Positions 58,641-64,000 of a stretch of 64,000 nt of DNA are shown piece by piece. Both the position numbers and the translations under genes were made by a program. A model generated the notes under the pieces. It was given only the letters and a program-made list of their open reading frames with translations. It was not told the DNA's origin and ran no database searches. The stretch's first letter is position 1. Every line of letters starts with the position of its first letter. The DNA lies in contig CAXXFK010000025.1 in the NCBI GenBank assembly GCA_963663965.2, positions 160,001 to 224,000 on the forward strand, in the 5' to 3' direction. This stretch comes from Sedimentisphaerales bacterium. Its GTDB lineage: Bacteria; Planctomycetota; Phycisphaerae; Sedimentisphaerales; SM23-30.

Positions 58641-59927
58641 GTGTCTGTTAATACTGATGTTATAGAAACATTGCGTGAGCGTGGGTTTGTAAGCCAGCTT
58701 TCTGATCCTGAATTGGAAAAGAAACTGGCCAGCGAATCGATGATCATTTATGCCGGCTTTGATCCAACAGCGGTCAGTCTGCACATTGGCAACCTGTTGC
58801 AGATTATGCTGCTGGCCCAGTTTCAACGGCACGGCCACAAGCCAATTGCCCTGGTCGGTGGCGCAACTGCCATGATCGGTGATCCCAGCGGAAAAAGCGA
58901 AGAGCGAAACCTGTTGGACGAAACGACCATCCAAACCAATCTGCAGGGGATCAAGGCCCAACTTCAGAAGTATCTGGACTTCAGCGACGATCTGACCAAC
59001 CAGGCCATACTTGTCAACAATTACGACTGGATCGGCCCTTTCAGCTTTATCGAATTCCTGCGAGATGTGGGCAAATATTTCCGCGTGGGCGAGATGATGG
59101 GCAAAGAGTCAGTACGCAAGCGTCTGAACAGCGACGCCGGCATGAGTTTCACGGAATTCAGTTATCAACTCCTGCAAGGCTATGACTTTCTGCACCTCTA
59201 TCGCGAATACAACTGCCAGATCCAATGTGGCGGCGACGATCAATGGGGCAATATCACCGCCGGTATCGAACTGACACGCAAACTGGCCGGCCAACCGGTT
59301 TACGGCCTGACTTCACCCCTGCTGACCACTGCCAACGGCCAGAAATTCGGCAAAACCGAAAAAGGCACTATCTGGCTCGACGATCAGCTCACCAGCCCCT
59401 ACGAATTCTATCAATACTTCGTCCGGGTCGATGACCGCGATGTGATCGCTCTGCTCAAACGGTTTACCTTCCTGCCAATCGAGCAGATCGCAGAACTGGA
59501 AGCCGAAGTCACCAACGCTCCGGAAAAACGGACCGCTCAGAAAGTGCTGGCGGAAGAGGTCACCCGGCTCGTACACGGCGAGCAGAAACTCCAACTGGCG
59601 CTTAACGCCTCCCAGGTATTATTTGGCAAGGAGATCTCCGGACTGAACGATGCCGACCTGAGCAGCATCTTTGCTGATGTGCCCAGCAAATCCATCGAAC
59701 GAAATCGTTTGGAAGCCGGCCTGGAATTACTCGACGCCTTGTGTGAATCGGAACTGTGCAAATCTCGAGGCGATGCCAAAAAACTGATCAAATCCGGCGG
59801 TGTCTATGTGAATAATAAGCGTATTGACGTAATCGATACAATTCTTAAACCCGACGCGCTGGCCTCTGAAACCATCCTGGTTTTACGCAGCGGCAAGAAA
59901 AATTACTGTTTGCTTAAATTCCACTAA
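58641..59927 (+). CDS. tyrS: Tyrosine--tRNA ligase
   Basis: YAGFDPTAVSLHIGN, FSYQLLQGYDF, GGDDQWGNI, KFGKT, C-terminal S4 domain; GGAG RBS and GTG start. Confidence 0.98.
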   Translation: MSVNTDVIETLRERGFVSQLSDPELEKKLASESMIIYAGFDPTAVSLHIGNLLQIMLLAQFQRHGHKPIALVGGATAMIGDPSGKSEERNLLDETTIQTNLQGIKAQLQKYLDFSDDLTNQAILVNNYDWIGPFSFIEFLRDVGKYFRVGEMMGKESVRKRLNSDAGMSFTEFSYQLLQGYDFLHLYREYNCQIQCGGDDQWGNITAGIELTRKLAGQPVYGLTSPLLTTANGQKFGKTEKGTIWLDDQLTSPYEFYQYFVRVDDRDVIALLKRFTFLPIEQIAELEAEVTNAPEKRTAQKVLAEEVTRLVHGEQKLQLALNASQVLFGKEISGLNDADLSSIFADVPSKSIERNRLEAGLELLDALCESELCKSRGDAKKLIKSGGVYVNNKRIDVIDTILKPDALASETILVLRSGKKNYCLLKFH

Positions 59928-59939
59928 AAGGAGCGGCCA

Positions 59940-60509
59940 TTGAATTTACTGATAACCGAACAGATCGAACCAATCCCGGGCTTGTATGTCGTCAACCTGA
60001 ACGGCCAGAGCGCCAGCGGCCTGACCGCGGATGAAGTCGCGTTGCTGCTCGATTCCGAACAATACCGGGAAGCGAAAATATACCGGATCGTCCGGGTAAC
60101 ACCTGACGGGAGCATGGAACTGTCCGGAGTATCCCCGGAACGCTTTCAACTGGAAAGCGCCATGATCTTTCGCGGTCGTGATGAATCCAGTGTAGAGAAC
60201 GCATACGATACCCTGATTGACAATGCCGCCGGCCACCCATTTCCCTGTCGCCTGAAATGTCACCTGGCGCGTCAAGACGAACAACGCTTATCCATAGCCC
60301 TGATTTATCCGGCCGAATACGAGCAGGAACTGGGCCAATGGCTCGCGGACATGAAATTTAAATTCGACGGACCGGTGGATGCCGGCGCCAGCGCCGCGGA
60401 ACAATATTACCGCGACCAGTTGCCCATTATTCGTCAACAGCAATTCTGGCCGGCGTCCCAGTCCGGGCGCAAACTGGATATCTTGCAGACCCTGTTCAAA
60501 ACAGCTTAA
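59940..60509 (+). CDS. Conserved hypothetical protein
   Basis: AAGGAG RBS and TTG start 12 nt after tyrS; GLYVV...G.TADEVA.LL.SE.Y...KIYRI. Confidence 0.75.
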   Translation: MNLLITEQIEPIPGLYVVNLNGQSASGLTADEVALLLDSEQYREAKIYRIVRVTPDGSMELSGVSPERFQLESAMIFRGRDESSVENAYDTLIDNAAGHPFPCRLKCHLARQDEQRLSIALIYPAEYEQELGQWLADMKFKFDGPVDAGASAAEQYYRDQLPIIRQQQFWPASQSGRKLDILQTLFKTA

Positions 60510-60546
60510 CACCGGATTTCAATTTCAACAGACGATAACAATTACT

Positions 60547-60747
60547 ATGTATCCACCGAGGAAAAAATGGCGTGGCTGGATCGCGGGGGCCATCATGCGG
60601 TTCACGCCAATATCACGCCGCCCCGGGCCAGACCGGTTGCGAAAACTCGATTACAGCGCCAATACCCGCCAAATTGGATTACGTATGACCGAAGGGATAC
60701 GATCCGCCTGGCGCCGACGCTGGCTTAAATTACGTCCCAAAAATTAA
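60547..60747 (+). CDS. Possible small basic protein (66 aa)
   Basis: ATG at 60547 fills the gap between co-oriented genes; Arg/Trp-rich MYPPRKKWRG...AWRRRWLKLRPKN. Confidence 0.45.
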   Translation: MYPPRKKWRGWIAGAIMRFTPISRRPGPDRLRKLDYSANTRQIGLRMTEGIRSAWRRRWLKLRPKN

Positions 60748-60797
60748 TTCCTATATCGATTACCTGGGACGCCACACCCTTTCAATAAGAAAATTAT

Positions 60798-62141
60798 ATG
60801 CCCATACCCACCGTAGCCATTGTTGGCCGACCCAATGTCGGCAAAAGCAGCCTGCTCAATGTCCTGGCCGGACGCCGGATCAGTATTGTCGAAGATACCC
60901 CCGGTGTCACCCGCGACCGGATCAGTGCCCTGATCGAATTAAACGGCCAGTATTTTGAACTGGTCGATACCGGCGGTTATGGTATCGAAGACCATGACAA
61001 CCTGACTGAACATGTCGAAAACCAGATCCAGATGGCGCTGAACCGCGCCGACCTGGTCTTGTTTGTCGTCGATATCCGGGATGGCATCGTTGCACTTGAC
61101 CAAAAGGTCGCCCAACTCCTGCGTAAGCAAAACCTGAACGTGCTGCTGGTGGCGAACAAGGCCGATTCACACACCCTGGATGGCCAGGCAGGCGAGTTTT
61201 TTAAACTGGGCTTCGATAAACCGTTGTGCGTTTCGGCCCAGCATGGCCGCAACCGCCAGTTGCTGGTGGAATATATCCTGAAACGACTGGAAGGACTGGA
61301 TACCACCCGGCCGGAAGATGAAGTCATGAAGCTGGCGGTGGTCGGCAAGCGTAATGCCGGCAAGAGCACCTTCATCAATTCACTGGCCGGCGAACAACGC
61401 GTCATTGTCAGCGAGGTGCCCGGTACGACACGCGACTCGGTCGATGTCGCATTCGAAATGGGGGGGCGTAAATTCGTCGCAATCGATACGGCCGGTGTCC
61501 GCAAAAAAAACAAAATGAACGACCAGAATGGTATTGAATTTTACAGTTATACCCGCGCGCTGGAATCAATCCGGCGCGCCGATGTCGTTTTATTTTTCAT
61601 TGACGCCACACTGCCGCTGTCACAGGTTGACAAAAAGCTCGCCCGCATTGTCTCGGACGAATACAAACCCTGCATTGTTGTTTTTAACAAATGGGATCTG
61701 GCCAAAGACCACGCCGACACGGATGACTATGTCGAGTATATGAACAAGGTCATGACCGGTATGAGTTATGCCCCGATCTGTTTTGTCACAGCCTCTGAAG
61801 GCAAAAACCTGCAATCGCTGGTCGATCTGGCAACCAATCTTTTCAAACAGTCGCGCACCAAGGTTGCCACCGGAAAACTGAATAAAGTCATCAAGGCCAT
61901 TACGGACGAACGCGCTCCCTCGATCCGCAAAAAAGTGGGATTCCCCCGGATTTATTACGCAACCCAGATCGCAGTCGCCCCACCCACCATTTTACTGTTT
62001 GTCAATAAACCTCAGGCCCTGGATGAAAACTACCGCCGCTTCCTGCTTAACCGTTTCCGCGATGAGTTGCCATTTGCCGAAGTTCCGATCCGCCTGATGC
62101 TGCGTCATCATCGCGAACAGCACGAACCGATTGAAGCGTAA
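60798..62141 (+). CDS. der: Ribosome biogenesis GTPase Der (EngA)
   Basis: Two G domains (GRPNVGKS/DTGG/NKAD and GKRNAGKS/DTAG/NKWD) plus KH-like C-terminus. Confidence 0.98.
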   Translation: MPIPTVAIVGRPNVGKSSLLNVLAGRRISIVEDTPGVTRDRISALIELNGQYFELVDTGGYGIEDHDNLTEHVENQIQMALNRADLVLFVVDIRDGIVALDQKVAQLLRKQNLNVLLVANKADSHTLDGQAGEFFKLGFDKPLCVSAQHGRNRQLLVEYILKRLEGLDTTRPEDEVMKLAVVGKRNAGKSTFINSLAGEQRVIVSEVPGTTRDSVDVAFEMGGRKFVAIDTAGVRKKNKMNDQNGIEFYSYTRALESIRRADVVLFFIDATLPLSQVDKKLARIVSDEYKPCIVVFNKWDLAKDHADTDDYVEYMNKVMTGMSYAPICFVTASEGKNLQSLVDLATNLFKQSRTKVATGKLNKVIKAITDERAPSIRKKVGFPRIYYATQIAVAPPTILLFVNKPQALDENYRRFLLNRFRDELPFAEVPIRLMLRHHREQHEPIEA

Positions 62142-62190
62142 CGACTCCGTTCCACATACCCCCTTATTCCGGCAATGCGATCGGGATATC

Positions 62191-62224
62191 AAAAAAACGG
62201 CGATACCGTAAACACGCTATCGCC
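62191..62224 (-). terminator. Intrinsic terminator for the PEP-CTERM gene
   Basis: Minus strand: GGCGATAGCG...CGGTATCGCC followed by G and T7. Confidence 0.7.
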
Positions 62225-62366
62225 AGATATCAACCATTCCTCCTTCTTTTTAAATTTATACCCATCGGGTATAGAAATAGCGGATTGCTCACGAGCTGAG
62301 TGTCACTCATAAAAGACTTAAGGGTACATTCAGGGCTGCAAACGGACATTTACCCTCGTCAGCAGT

Positions 62367-63308
62367 CTAATTGCGACGCCTTACCGTTAACGCTCCTCCC
62401 AATCCCAGTAATAATAAACTGATGGGCTCCGGAATGTAATTCAGCGCCACACCATTCTGATAACTTAATGAATAATCATAGCCGGCGCCATCATAATCCA
62501 GTGAGACTATCGCTCCTTCCAGCGCCGCGATTCCATTGATCGTATCAAACATGCCATCTACGTCGCCATCGATCAGGAGGATATCGGAAGCAGTCGGCAT
62601 AGCCGTCAGAGTAACCAGCAATGCGCTTGTTGAAGCATCGCCACCGGAATCAATACTAATCGTTCCGGAGATTCTAATGGGACTGACGCCGGCCGCGCCA
62701 ACCTCATAAGCAATGGTGCCAGTACCAGGATTACCCCCACTGGAATCTTTGGCGCCAACGTACATCCGGCTGAAATTTAATGCGGCATCTGCGCCTGAAA
62801 TGGTCAAAGTACCGACGGAGCCATCCGCGCCGTTGCCACCGATATATAAGTCGCCATCACCAGAAACCATACCGCCACTTATTGTCATCGCGCCCGTTCC
62901 TGCTTTATAGCCCAGTATCAGGTCGCCACTATTGACAAGCGCCAGCTCGCCACCAGTCATATTTAAATATCCCAGATCACCGGCCCCGGTAGTACCCAAC
63001 GCGCCAACTCGAATTTCTTTCTGTGAACGTAAAACACCCCCACTAACGATTTCGAGAGTCGCACCTGAATCCGGCCCGCTGGCAATACTGATTTTCTGAG
63101 TATGCACCGTTGCCAGATCGGTATCGACAGTACACACGCCGCCTTCTTTGGTAATTTTAATTTCCGTGGTATCATCGGGCACGATACCCGCGTTCCAGAG
63201 CGTCGGATCTGACCAGGAACCGGATTCACCCGTCCAGGAGATCGAAGCTGATACATCGCAACTGAATAACGCCACCAGACACACCAATCCAAAAAACAAA
63301 TTCTTCAT
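62367..63308 (-). CDS. PEP-CTERM sorting domain protein (Gly-rich beta-helix-like passenger)
   Basis: Signal peptide MKNLFFG (GGAGG RBS); C-terminal IPEP-ISLLLLGLGGAL-TVRRRN. Confidence 0.92.
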   Translation of the reverse strand: MKNLFFGLVCLVALFSCDVSASISWTGESGSWSDPTLWNAGIVPDDTTEIKITKEGGVCTVDTDLATVHTQKISIASGPDSGATLEIVSGGVLRSQKEIRVGALGTTGAGDLGYLNMTGGELALVNSGDLILGYKAGTGAMTISGGMVSGDGDLYIGGNGADGSVGTLTISGADAALNFSRMYVGAKDSSGGNPGTGTIAYEVGAAGVSPIRISGTISIDSGGDASTSALLVTLTAMPTASDILLIDGDVDGMFDTINGIAALEGAIVSLDYDGAGYDYSLSYQNGVALNYIPEPISLLLLGLGGALTVRRRN

Positions 63309-63712
63309 TACAACATCCTCCACATAAATGGAACACCATTAAGAATATTAAAATCAATTGGATACCTTATCCAATTTGATAAACTAATTTATTCCATTGC
63401 GTTCTCCGACACGCTCTCATTTCCACACCAAAATAAAAAACACAAAATGACCGCTTCAACGCATCCGCAACAAAAATCAACCAATTTTATTTCAAACCAA
63501 ATTAAACTATCAGCCGATTTCAAAGACCAAACGAGCGCCAATTTGTTCATCCTATGACAATGGCCACTAAATATCATAATAACTCAAAACATGATTTATT
63601 TGCAACTCAAAAGCCCATAAATCAATAATTTTTTATAACACCTTCATAAGCCGTCAGTTACAAAACAGTACCTGTCCTTTTGTCAACATGGCCCAGTGAC
63701 AATCAGGCCATG

Positions 63713-64000
63713 TTAAGGCAATTCCATCAGATGTTCTACCACCTCAATACTTGCCCTGGGATGCGCCAGGCGACGTGCGTTGGCCTGCATAGTAGTCAGA
63801 CGGTCGGATTCATCCAGTAACCGGTTGATTTTGTAGGCCAGGGTCTCGGCGCTATTGCAGCAGATCGCCGCCCCTTCTTCCAGCAGATGATTGCTGTTAC
63901 GCTGCTCCTGCCCCGGAATCGGGTTGACGATGACCATGGCCAGTTCGCGTGCCAGCGCTTCTGAAAGAGTTAACCCGCCGCTTTTGCCGATCAGGATATC
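63713..64000 (-). CDS. GT28 MGDG synthase/UgtP-like glycosyltransferase, 3' part; starts beyond window end
   Basis: DILIGKSGGLTLSEALA...VNPIPGQEQRN. Confidence 0.85.
   Translation of the reverse strand, partial: DILIGKSGGLTLSEALARELAMVIVNPIPGQEQRNSNHLLEEGAAICCNSAETLAYKINRLLDESDRLTTMQANARRLAHPRASIEVVEHLMELP

Overview
Bacterial chromosomal window of moderate GC. Gene content suggests Planctomycetota, probably Phycisphaerae/Sedimentisphaerales-like (inference from three sulfatases, DUF4838, dockerin-like EF-hand modules, a PEP-CTERM protein, a Ser/Thr kinase and a xerC-linked lipoprotein cluster). Housekeeping genes (wecB, xerC, panC, murG, nadK, dxs, ispA, tRNA-Leu(TAA), ahpC, rho, tyrS, der) are interspersed with secreted glycan-degrading enzymes and three mobile elements. 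(1) A complete 1499-bp IS4-family element with 15-bp TIRs and a 9-bp TSD; it split the stop codon of a fused ahbAB gene and carries a 1-nt frameshift. (2) An IS1634 remnant with a nonsense codon and an in-frame core deletion. (3) A GC-rich REP-associated tyrosine transposase (RAYT) bracketed by inverted 32-bp AT-rich 'TGTCAAC + hairpin' ends, with a 30/32-identical solo copy of that end about 10 kb away. Other leads are a circularly permuted SGNH protein behind a TonB-dependent receptor, a lipoprotein/TolB-like/xerC cluster with a GGA-hairpin leader, a candidate new sugar pathway (cupin-like protein, PfkB kinase, mannitol-1-P dehydrogenase-like protein), and a Ser/Thr kinase with a Cys-less Ada-like external domain. 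No CRISPR array or rRNA was seen. All product calls come from motif recognition by eye; no searches were run.
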